A DNA stretch of 63,743 bases, filler included, from Lama guanicoe (Eukaryota), in assembly GCA_013239625.1 (NCBI GenBank). It is 202 parts of 202 records of this genome, joined end to end, with 100 filler letters (N's around TTAATTAATTAA, not from the genome) between each part and the next. Parts side by side here need not be neighbours in the genome. Positions count along the whole stretch, not along the records: positions 37,602 to 37,817 come from PNXV01038799.1; positions 37,918 to 38,133 come from PNXV01038800.1; positions 38,234 to 38,449 come from PNXV01038801.1; positions 38,550 to 38,765 come from PNXV01038802.1; positions 38,866 to 39,081 come from PNXV01038803.1; positions 39,182 to 39,397 come from PNXV01038804.1; positions 39,498 to 39,713 come from PNXV01038805.1; positions 39,814 to 40,029 come from PNXV01038806.1; 194 more parts are not named here. One strand, given 5' to 3'. This document shows positions 37,502-48,561 of the stretch, in pieces. The notes under the pieces were generated by a model, which ran no database searches, was not told the DNA's origin, and was given only the letters and a program-made list of their open reading frames with translations. Made by a program: the position numbers and the translations under genes. Numbering within the stretch: position 1 is the first letter of the stretch; each line of letters opens with the position of its first letter.

Positions 37502-39497
37502 NNNNNNNNNNNNNNNNNNNNNNNNNNNNNNNNNNNNNNNNNNNNTTAATTAATTAANNNNNNNNNNNNNNNNNNNNNNNNNNNNNNNNNNNNNNNNNNN
37601 NTGGGACCCCTCCTGCCAGAAGCCTGCCCTTAGAAGGAGCCGTCTCCAGCGGGCGGCCTCCACCAGGCGTGCCGGCACTGACAGCGGCCTGCCTGGGTGC
37701 CTGCAGCCCTGACTCGGTCCCCCACAGGGACCTCCTACGCCATCCCCTTTTGTGGTCACCTGTGGGATGCGTCTTCATACACCCTCAGTCGCTGGCGCTC
37801 GAGGCCCCAGAAGTCCCNNNNNNNNNNNNNNNNNNNNNNNNNNNNNNNNNNNNNNNNNNNNTTAATTAATTAANNNNNNNNNNNNNNNNNNNNNNNNNNN
37901 NNNNNNNNNNNNNNNNNCAAACTGGAATTGAATGTCCAATATAAATTATAGAATGTTTATTCTGTGCCCTGTCCTATTAAATGCTCTAATGGAAATTCGT
38001 ATAGACTCTGAACTGGTAAAATACCATTGAGAATATGAAGGTGACAAAAGCAAAATGTGTGAAACAGAATATTTTAAATGTTAAAATTTATGATGCTGAC
38101 ATAAAAATTTATTTAAGGTTCAGAAAGGAAAATNNNNNNNNNNNNNNNNNNNNNNNNNNNNNNNNNNNNNNNNNNNNTTAATTAATTAANNNNNNNNNNN
38201 NNNNNNNNNNNNNNNNNNNNNNNNNNNNNNNNNACATGAGGGATGATGCTGGATCCTCTACCTGTTGAAATCGTGTTGATTCCAAATTCACATCCAATGC
38301 AGGTGCCTGCAGGACCACTCCCTCTCTCCTGACGGGGAGGCAGATGTGCTTCATGGTTCTTCTGAACGCCTCTGGTGCCTTGTTCCTCCCTCAGGATGTC
38401 TTATTTATTAATATACTTGCTCTCCCCCACCCACCCATCACCAGTCTTGNNNNNNNNNNNNNNNNNNNNNNNNNNNNNNNNNNNNNNNNNNNNTTAATTA
38501 ATTAANNNNNNNNNNNNNNNNNNNNNNNNNNNNNNNNNNNNNNNNNNNNCCTTACTTTCACCTGCAGACTCATGGTACAAAACTAGTGTATTTTCTAAAC
38601 TGTAATAAGACAACTAATGGGTAGGACTGGATAAAAGAAGTCCATGTGAATTCTGTGTAATGATATGCAAATTAGTTATGTGAGTCTGGTAGCTGTGCTG
38701 AAGCTTGATCTCACAGAAGAATATTATGAAACATGATTTGTACTCATCCTTTGGCCTCTGCTATANNNNNNNNNNNNNNNNNNNNNNNNNNNNNNNNNNN
38801 NNNNNNNNNTTAATTAATTAANNNNNNNNNNNNNNNNNNNNNNNNNNNNNNNNNNNNNNNNNNNNGTACATTATTTCTGTAAATGCAGCAACAAAATCCT
38901 AAATTCACTTATTTAAAAAAAAAATCTTTCTTTAACATGACAGACATTCACGTCATTATGTAACGTGTAAGAGGCAGCAAGGAAATGGATGTGGAATCAA
39001 AGCAGAGGTCAGAGTGATCTTAACTACAGGGGAAAAAAATGGACATAACAAGAGGACAACTCAAACAGAATCAAAAGTAACNNNNNNNNNNNNNNNNNNN
39101 NNNNNNNNNNNNNNNNNNNNNNNNNTTAATTAATTAANNNNNNNNNNNNNNNNNNNNNNNNNNNNNNNNNNNNNNNNNNNNGTCCCAGAGTGTAGTCTTC
39201 TGATTTTAAATTTGCCCATTTAATTTTCCCCACGTGCACTTGATATCACAAATAGCATTTGACTTCTGCTTCAGAACTGTTCAGGCTATTTAAACGGGTG
39301 AAGTTCTCAACTGCTTTAGTGCTAGTTGTCATGGTTTTGTCTCTCCTGAAATGAGCTAAGTCACTAAGACAACAGATGGAAAGAAGGCTCAGGCATCNNN
39401 NNNNNNNNNNNNNNNNNNNNNNNNNNNNNNNNNNNNNNNNNTTAATTAATTAANNNNNNNNNNNNNNNNNNNNNNNNNNNNNNNNNNNNNNNNNNNN

Positions 39498-39713
39498 TGT
39501 ACCTCCCCATATATATGTATGTAGTGAATTTTGCAACTGAAAAGAAACTTTGTGTATCCTTCAAGCTTGGTGAAGGATGGCTTGCACACAATAATCCCTC
39601 TGAACATTGCAATTGGAGAGACGTTCATTCATGGAGCACAAAATGAACGATTTGCAGGGGAAATACTTACTCTGGATTCTCAGTCTGTTTTCTAGTGTCA
39701 GTTTAAAGTTCCT
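39498..39713. repeat. Satellite-like fragment (~247-bp family), copy 3, circularly permuted relative to copy 2
   Basis: Begins at the tgtacc.. motif that is internal in 16115-16329 (16217) and later reaches cttactctggattctcag (39666), which lies near the start of that contig (16138). Confidence 0.8.
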
Positions 39714-39813
39714 NNNNNNNNNNNNNNNNNNNNNNNNNNNNNNNNNNNNNNNNNNNNTTAATTAATTAANNNNNNNNNNNNNNNNNNNNNNNNNNNNNNN
39801 NNNNNNNNNNNNN

Positions 39814-40029
39814 CAGTGCTGTCATGTTGACTATAGCTCCATAGTATTATCTGAATCATTAGTGTAAAGAAATGACACTGATTTTTGAACCTTAATCTTG
39901 TAACATTCTACATGATGAATTCTTTGATCATGTGTAGTAAATTTTGCTTGGATCATGTAGGGTTTTCTATATATAGTAACATAATCTGCATATAGTGAGA
40001 CTTTTATCTCTTCCTTTCCAATTTGCATC
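39814..40029 (-). mobile_element. LINE-1 ORF2 RT fragment (degenerate)
   Basis: ORF track [16 protein letters not shown]...YKIKVQKSVSFLYTN. Confidence 0.92.
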
Positions 40030-42657
40030 NNNNNNNNNNNNNNNNNNNNNNNNNNNNNNNNNNNNNNNNNNNNTTAATTAATTAANNNNNNNNNNNNNNN
40101 NNNNNNNNNNNNNNNNNNNNNNNNNNNNNGAAAATTCATCCAGCTGAGGAAAAAATGTCAACTTGGACTATCTGCTTTCCAAAATGTCAGCATATCTTTC
40201 ACAAAAAGGCCTCTGAAGAATCGGGAAACTCCAAAGGCCACATCTGTAGAATCTGACAGCTTTTGATTGAAATAAATAATGCTGTTTAGCTATTGTGCTA
40301 TAAAGAAATACATGTGTAGGACGAGAAATGATCATTATTTCCAGTNNNNNNNNNNNNNNNNNNNNNNNNNNNNNNNNNNNNNNNNNNNNTTAATTAATTA
40401 ANNNNNNNNNNNNNNNNNNNNNNNNNNNNNNNNNNNNNNNNNNNNAAATGGAACATCAAATAAATGATAGTAACAGATGATCATCAACTGAATAAAATTA
40501 AAAAATCATAAATCCATCCTGACATAAATAAATACATTGATCGAAGTTTGATTGGGAATGTGATATTTTCAAAGTCTCAAAGTACCTCCCCACAAAGTAT
40601 TTGTTATTTCTTAAGGAAAAATGAGCAACTTAAGTGAAGACTGGCAGATACTATCATAATCNNNNNNNNNNNNNNNNNNNNNNNNNNNNNNNNNNNNNNN
40701 NNNNNTTAATTAATTAANNNNNNNNNNNNNNNNNNNNNNNNNNNNNNNNNNNNNNNNNNNNGTTGATTTGTTGAATTTGCACTGCACCTGATCTTACAGA
40801 TGAGGAAAAGAGTCAGAGAGGTGATCTGTGCCCACCTTGCCCAGCTTAGTGGTGCCTCCCGGGCCAAATCTTAGGCCTCGGATTCTGAATGTCATCTCTT
40901 TCCCTGCCCTTTACCCTCTCAGAGTTGATCGTGACCATAAGTTATCTAAACCATTCCTAGGGCAGATCAAGGTGGGANNNNNNNNNNNNNNNNNNNNNNN
41001 NNNNNNNNNNNNNNNNNNNNNTTAATTAATTAANNNNNNNNNNNNNNNNNNNNNNNNNNNNNNNNNNNNNNNNNNNNATGCTGGATAATCCGGTGACCAC
41101 TTAAGGAAATGCTGAGGTAATTACCCTAGTAAGTTGTGTCTCTCTGTTTGTTCTTCCATTCAGAACCTCTGTCCCCCATTCATATCCTGTTCAGCCAATC
41201 CCAGGACAAACTGGTCCAGCCAGGCCATGTTTCATGCCGATCCACCGTGTGCAGAGCTGCTTGGAGGGCAACTTGAGGGCAGCCTGGGAGACTNNNNNNN
41301 NNNNNNNNNNNNNNNNNNNNNNNNNNNNNNNNNNNNNTTAATTAATTAANNNNNNNNNNNNNNNNNNNNNNNNNNNNNNNNNNNNNNNNNNNNACCCCTG
41401 CTTGGTACACTGCCAGATGTTTGTCCTTGCTCTTGTACGTTTGTAAAAAGTCATAAAACATTGATTTGAAAATAGCTTAGGACTGAGACTTCCAGTTATT
41501 TCTAACTCTTTCATTCACCCCATACTTGAGTGTTTATTTTTAACCTAATTTCTTTGCAAAGGTCCATCTGATCTGTAGTTCAGATCTTTTTCTAAAATCA
41601 TCAAATCCANNNNNNNNNNNNNNNNNNNNNNNNNNNNNNNNNNNNNNNNNNNNTTAATTAATTAANNNNNNNNNNNNNNNNNNNNNNNNNNNNNNNNNNN
41701 NNNNNNNNNGCAGTGCAAAGTTTTCCCACAAGTTCTTGGAATATAAATGTAGGCCTTCTTTTTGAGTTCAATGTTCTGTAAATATTAGAACTCAAAATAG
41801 AACACAAGAGGAGGCAATGCATTTTTGAAAAAGAATTTTATGGAGCTCTTTGGTTAAAAACGGATAGTCATATAAATGAGGCACTGCAAAGGAACTTTTG
41901 TGTGTGTGTGTGTGTATTTCTGTTANNNNNNNNNNNNNNNNNNNNNNNNNNNNNNNNNNNNNNNNNNNNTTAATTAATTAANNNNNNNNNNNNNNNNNNN
42001 NNNNNNNNNNNNNNNNNNNNNNNNNAATTTAACAACACACTTGTGAGCGATGTTGAAAAGCCAGCTCCGCTTTACAAAAATGACAGGAGCACCACCCAGC
42101 CTGCTGTGACCACGCAGAGGCGGGAACACGTGGGTCCCACCCTGAGCACCTGCGGGGAGGAGGTGAGAGGGACCCAGAGGATCTTAGGGCCTGGCCCATG
42201 GCCCAAAGGCACAGAGACTTTGTGAGGTGGGGTGTGGGGGGNNNNNNNNNNNNNNNNNNNNNNNNNNNNNNNNNNNNNNNNNNNNTTAATTAATTAANNN
42301 NNNNNNNNNNNNNNNNNNNNNNNNNNNNNNNNNNNNNNNNNTCCCTTTTGTGTCATTTTACCTGGAACCTAAGTTCCATGGTTAAGCTTACTATTAAGAC
42401 AGCTTGGGAAAATACATGGAAAAGGGGACAACTATTGTCATGGTCAGCTTTGACTCATCTTGAGTTATTTACTAGAACCAGCAAAGGGCCATAATTTCCC
42501 TGAGCCTGAGGATCTGCACCTGCTTTCCAGGGTGAATCAGATTTCCTTAATCAAGGANNNNNNNNNNNNNNNNNNNNNNNNNNNNNNNNNNNNNNNNNNN
42601 NTTAATTAATTAANNNNNNNNNNNNNNNNNNNNNNNNNNNNNNNNNNNNNNNNNNNN

Positions 42658-42873
42658 AAATCTATTGAAATGTTGCACTTTGTCCTTGATTTGTGTGTCC
42701 TTTTGAAATCCCTCCTTATAAACATCATTTCATATAGCAACATAGTAATCACAGTCGTGCAACTCCCATCAGCCAAGGAGCAACAGAAGGCTGTCTCCAC
42801 CTGCTCCTCTTACCTCATTGTCCTCTCTCTGATGTACAGCAGCTGTGTTTTTATATACATGAAACCAAAGGAA
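42658..42873 (+). CDS. Olfactory receptor fragment (TM5-TM6), family 6-like; possibly a pseudogene
   Basis: Open across the contig: KSIEMLHFVLDLCVLLKSLLINIISYSNIVITVVQLPSAKEQQKAVSTCSSYLIVLSLMYSSCVFIYMKPKE, with SY..I, a KAFSTC.SHL-like motif and a Y.KP motif. Confidence 0.88.
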
Positions 42874-43289
42874 NNNNNNNNNNNNNNNNNNNNNNNNNNN
42901 NNNNNNNNNNNNNNNNNTTAATTAATTAANNNNNNNNNNNNNNNNNNNNNNNNNNNNNNNNNNNNNNNNNNNNCAGAAAGAAGCTTCCAGAGAGTTGGAA
43001 GCTGGTAAAGATGCAGTCTGACCATGCAATCTCAAAGGGTCCTGATGAAGAAGCAAAGAGTGGGGGGAGTCAGAAGAGACTAGCTACACAGGGGGTGTCA
43101 GGAGAGCTGAAGTTCTAAAAGGACATATACAACAAAAGATGAAAGACATTTACAAGGACAAAGACCCAAGTGGTCCAGAGTCATAAAAGNNNNNNNNNNN
43201 NNNNNNNNNNNNNNNNNNNNNNNNNNNNNNNNNTTAATTAATTAANNNNNNNNNNNNNNNNNNNNNNNNNNNNNNNNNNNNNNNNNNNN

Positions 43290-43505
43290 CACTTATATGT
43301 GGTATCTTAAAGTCACCAGCACATAGATACAGAGAAGACACTGATGGTTGCCAGAAGTGAGGGGTGGCAGGGAGTGAGAGAAATATGTGAAGGTGGTCAA
43401 AAGGCACAAAATTCCAGTTATAAAATAAATAAGTCTTGGGGATGTAACGTACAGCACAGTGGCTACAGTTAATAACACATTATAGATTTGAAAGTTGCTA
43501 ATAGA
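43290..43505 (+). mobile_element. LINE-1 3' UTR (L1M-type)
   Basis: cacttatatgtggtatcttaa...tgatggttgccagaag...ttccagttataaaataaataagtc..gatgtaacgtacagca...ttgaaagttgctaa. Confidence 0.85.
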
Positions 43506-44869
43506 NNNNNNNNNNNNNNNNNNNNNNNNNNNNNNNNNNNNNNNNNNNNTTAATTAATTAANNNNNNNNNNNNNNNNNNNNNNNNNNNNNNNNNNNNNNN
43601 NNNNNGGAGACAGAAAGCATCAGATTAGGGTGATTTCCTTTACCCTGTTACTTCCCTTGTATCCTTTACTTTCATTCAGATCCTTTTTCCTCATCCCCCT
43701 CCAACCTTGCATGAGATAAGACCCCCTCAAAGGGAAGCCTCACACTCCAGCAGTCTTAGAAGGTGCCGGTAGGATCTGAGCAGGGTTTTCGCTATGGCAT
43801 CCTCCGTCTCTCTCCCCGCAGNNNNNNNNNNNNNNNNNNNNNNNNNNNNNNNNNNNNNNNNNNNNTTAATTAATTAANNNNNNNNNNNNNNNNNNNNNNN
43901 NNNNNNNNNNNNNNNNNNNNNACACACACAGAGTCAAGGTTGAGTCTTGAAATCAGTGATGACCTTGGCCTGTCTTCATTCTGAACATTGTGCTCTTGTT
44001 ACACAAGAGTACATTGTGCTCTTATGTAACCAAATCCAGTCGTTCACCATTTATTCAGTGAGCTTCCAAAATATGTCAGGCACATTCCTAGGAAGCATTA
44101 TGGGATGGAGCAGAAGGGTTCTGGCTCTTGGACTCTGNNNNNNNNNNNNNNNNNNNNNNNNNNNNNNNNNNNNNNNNNNNNTTAATTAATTAANNNNNNN
44201 NNNNNNNNNNNNNNNNNNNNNNNNNNNNNNNNNNNNNCTGTTCTTATTCTCTGTCTTCATTCAGCCCTAAACCTATAAAATAGGAAAATTTCCCAATACT
44301 TTCTAACCTCTGGGGGTAAGTGCTAGAGGAAGACGACTGCTGTTACTCATTTCTTTACATGAGAAGAATCAAATTTTGAGCTGGTGAGATGTAGGGACTC
44401 TGAGCTGATGCTCAGTGTTCCACGTTTCTCAAATGTGGATTGTGGTTGTGGCTNNNNNNNNNNNNNNNNNNNNNNNNNNNNNNNNNNNNNNNNNNNNTTA
44501 ATTAATTAANNNNNNNNNNNNNNNNNNNNNNNNNNNNNNNNNNNNNNNNNNNNCGGGCAGATGCTGAGCAGACGGCAGATGAGAAGCACCCAGCAGTGCC
44601 TCTCCCGCCCTCGAGAACCACCCACTTCGACGGTGCTGACTGAGATTGTTGGCAATGGGCTTCTCAACCTGCCCTTGATCCCATCTGACAAGCAGGGAAC
44701 CTCTAATTCCCTATATTCTAATACAAAGAGCAACTTCTGTTTGCTTGAATGAACACTGACTGATATCACNNNNNNNNNNNNNNNNNNNNNNNNNNNNNNN
44801 NNNNNNNNNNNNNTTAATTAATTAANNNNNNNNNNNNNNNNNNNNNNNNNNNNNNNNNNNNNNNNNNNN

Positions 44870-45085
44870 GCTTCCTGAAGAGACTCTGACAGACGCAGGC
44901 GCACTACAGTTCCCGCCCAATTTGCGAAGGTGGTGTCTACCGGGGGAGAGGCGGCCGGGCCTGTAGCACAAAGCTCGCGAGATTTGAACGAGACAGCGTC
45001 TCTTCTTCCTGTCAGAGGCCGGAAGTGCGGAGTGCGGGGTGTTTCTGGCGCTGTTCTCCCGCGCTGCGGGGCCCGGGTACCTGTC
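44870..45085. promoter_or_regulatory. Housekeeping CpG-island promoter fragment with ZNF143/THAP11-type, BANP-type (CGCG element) and ETS motifs
   Basis: ACTACAGTTCCC 44903-44914, CTCGCGAGA 44974-44982 and CCGGAAGTG 45019-45027 in CpG-rich sequence. Confidence 0.78.
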
Positions 45086-45900
45086 NNNNNNNNNNNNNNN
45101 NNNNNNNNNNNNNNNNNNNNNNNNNNNNNTTAATTAATTAANNNNNNNNNNNNNNNNNNNNNNNNNNNNNNNNNNNNNNNNNNNNAAAAAAAATCCAACA
45201 AATCAACTCATCACAGGTTGATCTTCCAACTAGAAAAATGATGGGGAGCTCATTACTAAACAACCCCTCCCCGGATCTGTTGGTCTTGAGTCTCCCTTTG
45301 TGCACGTGGCCAGGCCTTCAGCAGAGCGCTTTCAACAAGCAGTGCCCACCCACTGAGGAACAGGGGGTTAGAGTCCTGCTAACAGGCCTTCTGTTCCCAG
45401 CNNNNNNNNNNNNNNNNNNNNNNNNNNNNNNNNNNNNNNNNNNNNTTAATTAATTAANNNNNNNNNNNNNNNNNNNNNNNNNNNNNNNNNNNNNNNNNNN
45501 NCAGCAGCAGCAGCATCTCAGGTAAAGGGGGTAAACTGCTTCTTCTAAATTCTTGGCACATTGTGTTTGTCCTTCTATAGCTGGAATCTTGAGACCAAGT
45601 AGCTGCTACTGTAATAAAGAACACATCCGACTCCATATCAGACCTGTTCCTTTAGCTCTAACCCTGTGCTGTTTCCTGTGCTCAGTCATGCTGGCTCTGC
45701 ACCTTTTGTAAAACAACNNNNNNNNNNNNNNNNNNNNNNNNNNNNNNNNNNNNNNNNNNNNTTAATTAATTAANNNNNNNNNNNNNNNNNNNNNNNNNNN
45801 NNNNNNNNNNNNNNNNNAGCGTTGTTAACTGTGTCGCAAGCTTTTCGTTAGTGATGATAAGGACAACCATATTCATTGTTTATAAAATGGTCTTTTGTAG

Positions 45901-46033
45901 CCAAACCCTCTCCTCCCGTGATATCAGGCCCCGCCTCGAGGGCCCCACCTGAGCAGACAGTGAGCTTCACCTGCAGATCCCACAGCTTCTCCCCCAGAAC
46001 CATCTCCCTGAAATGGTTCAAAAACGGGAAGGA
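45901..46033 (+). CDS. Signal-regulatory protein (SIRPA/SIRPB1/SIRPG family) first Ig-C1 domain exon, 3' truncated
   Basis: TCTTTTGTAG acceptor (AG 45899-45900), then (A)KPSPPVISGPASRAPPEQTVSFTCRSHSFSPRTISLKWFKNGK; closely matches human SIRPA AKPSAPVVSGPAARATPQHTVSFTCESHGFSPRDITLKWFKNGN as recalled. Confidence 0.92.
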
Positions 46034-47397
46034 NNNNNNNNNNNNNNNNNNNNNNNNNNNNNNNNNNNNNNNNNNNNTTAATTAATTAANNNNNNNNNNN
46101 NNNNNNNNNNNNNNNNNNNNNNNNNNNNNNNNNGGCTGGCCCCTGCCTCCGAGCTGGGGGCAGCTTGGGGCCGGCTCAGCGACGCTCACAGGACCAGACC
46201 GCACCTGGTCGGGTGCCTGGTCAGGACCTGTGTTTTGGGTAAACGAGAAGAAGCGCCTGAGTAGGAGAAACCCTGCATTTCTTGAAAACACTGAATTCAG
46301 ATACTTCCCTAGTTTAGCCTGACCTCGCCCCTCTGCTTCCCCTCCCTCCNNNNNNNNNNNNNNNNNNNNNNNNNNNNNNNNNNNNNNNNNNNNTTAATTA
46401 ATTAANNNNNNNNNNNNNNNNNNNNNNNNNNNNNNNNNNNNNNNNNNNNTAGTATCTGGTCTTAATGTAAGTCTTTAATCCATTTTGAGTTTATTCTTAT
46501 ATCTGGCATTAGAGAATGTTCTAATTTCAGTCTTTTAAAGGTATCCATCTGGTTTTCCTAGCACCACTTAATAATTCTTACTTAGCTTTGTGGCTAGATA
46601 TTGCATTCATTTTGCTTCCCAAGTTAGTTCCTTTTCTGTGAACACAAATACTCTAAAGACAGGAANNNNNNNNNNNNNNNNNNNNNNNNNNNNNNNNNNN
46701 NNNNNNNNNTTAATTAATTAANNNNNNNNNNNNNNNNNNNNNNNNNNNNNNNNNNNNNNNNNNNNTAACTTCTAAAAATTGCCTTTACAGGGTTCATCTA
46801 TTTTCAGTTAGAAAAACAATATATTCCTTTTTCAGAAACCAACATCTATTTGTACCCATCAAGCAAATTGGTTTGTTTCCAATTGGTAATTTTAAGTTTT
46901 GTGTATTAAATTTCTCCTCCATTTCCAAAGTTTATAAATTTGACTTCAATTCCTATGTTGAATGTATGCTTTGTGTAATTTNNNNNNNNNNNNNNNNNNN
47001 NNNNNNNNNNNNNNNNNNNNNNNNNTTAATTAATTAANNNNNNNNNNNNNNNNNNNNNNNNNNNNNNNNNNNNNNNNNNNNTTTAGGTTTGAATCCAAAA
47101 GCACCTAGAGGCATTATAGCTATGAAAACCCTGCTGAAGCTGTGCTATTCTACTGAGAAACAGGTGTTCTTCTATCAGCGATGAGAACGCTTAAACATCC
47201 GATCATGTTGGGTAAAGCATTTTAACGCAACCAAGTCTGCACCCCCATGATATAGTGCACCTGGAGGCTTGAATCAAATAAAAGACGGTCCACATAANNN
47301 NNNNNNNNNNNNNNNNNNNNNNNNNNNNNNNNNNNNNNNNNTTAATTAATTAANNNNNNNNNNNNNNNNNNNNNNNNNNNNNNNNNNNNNNNNNNNN

Positions 47398-47613
47398 ATG
47401 GCCATAGTATCCAAAGCGATGTACAGATTTAATGTCATCCCTGTCACATTACCCAGAACATTTTTCATAGAACTAGAACAAATCATTTTAAAATTTATAT
47501 GGAACCACAGAAGACCCAGAATTGCTGAAGTAATCCTAAGAAAAAAGAACAAAGCTGGAGGCATAACCCACCCAGACTTCAGACAATACCACAAAGCTAC
47601 AGTTATCAAAACA
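47398..47613 (+). mobile_element. LINE-1 ORF2 fragment with open frame across the contig
   Basis: [72 protein letters not shown]. Confidence 0.96.
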
Positions 47614-48345
47614 NNNNNNNNNNNNNNNNNNNNNNNNNNNNNNNNNNNNNNNNNNNNTTAATTAATTAANNNNNNNNNNNNNNNNNNNNNNNNNNNNNNN
47701 NNNNNNNNNNNNNGAGGCTGTCACCTCTCCTGTGCTGGGGAAACGCCGTGAACACGCCTCACCCCCGCTGGAGGAGACACCCTGGCTCGTGCGCTGACGC
47801 TGCCTCGGATAAACACACAGCTCCCAACCGCTCTGCCTCCAAAGCCATCCAAGCAATTTTAAAATCAATTTGGTGTTTGACAGGGAGCCATTGCCCTTCC
47901 CACAGGAGAGCGGGGACGTGCTGAGGCCANNNNNNNNNNNNNNNNNNNNNNNNNNNNNNNNNNNNNNNNNNNNTTAATTAATTAANNNNNNNNNNNNNNN
48001 NNNNNNNNNNNNNNNNNNNNNNNNNNNNNTGTATTTACTTATAAAAATTCTTTCAGGTTATGGTATCCTCAAAAAAAAATTTTTTTTTAAACAAACGAAC
48101 CCACTGAGGCAGAGGTAAAATTTTACCTAAATGTGGCTTTCCCATGTAATAGACCAGCTTCGGATAGATACCTTCAGGGGCTAGGCAGGTTAACTTGTAT
48201 AAGGCTTACAGAGTATAAAAGCTTGTGTAGCCTAAAAGCAGTAAANNNNNNNNNNNNNNNNNNNNNNNNNNNNNNNNNNNNNNNNNNNNTTAATTAATTA
48301 ANNNNNNNNNNNNNNNNNNNNNNNNNNNNNNNNNNNNNNNNNNNN

Positions 48346-48561
48346 CTCATTATTACTTTTGGCTTTAAGTCTATTTTGTGTGATATGAGTAAGGATACAC
48401 CCACTTTCCTTTGGCTGCCATTTGATTGGTCATCTTCCATTTCTTCACTTTCAGCCTACATTTGTCTTTAGAGCTTAGGTAAGCCTCTTTGAGTCTCCTG
48501 GAGCACACGGCCGGTTCTTATTTTTCAATCCATCCAGCCACCCTGTGTCTCTTGATTGGTG
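48346..48561 (-). mobile_element. LINE-1 ORF2 endonuclease-region fragment
   Basis: ttttggctttaagtctattttgtgtgatatgagt...ccactttcctttggctgccatttg is the antisense of the GV.ILISDKIDFK-like region. Confidence 0.8.

Noticed and set aside
21802..46033. An immune gene cluster (IGLV, CLEC2D, SIRP) as a linked system
   Set aside because: Each lies on an independent contig ordered by length; proximity carries no information.
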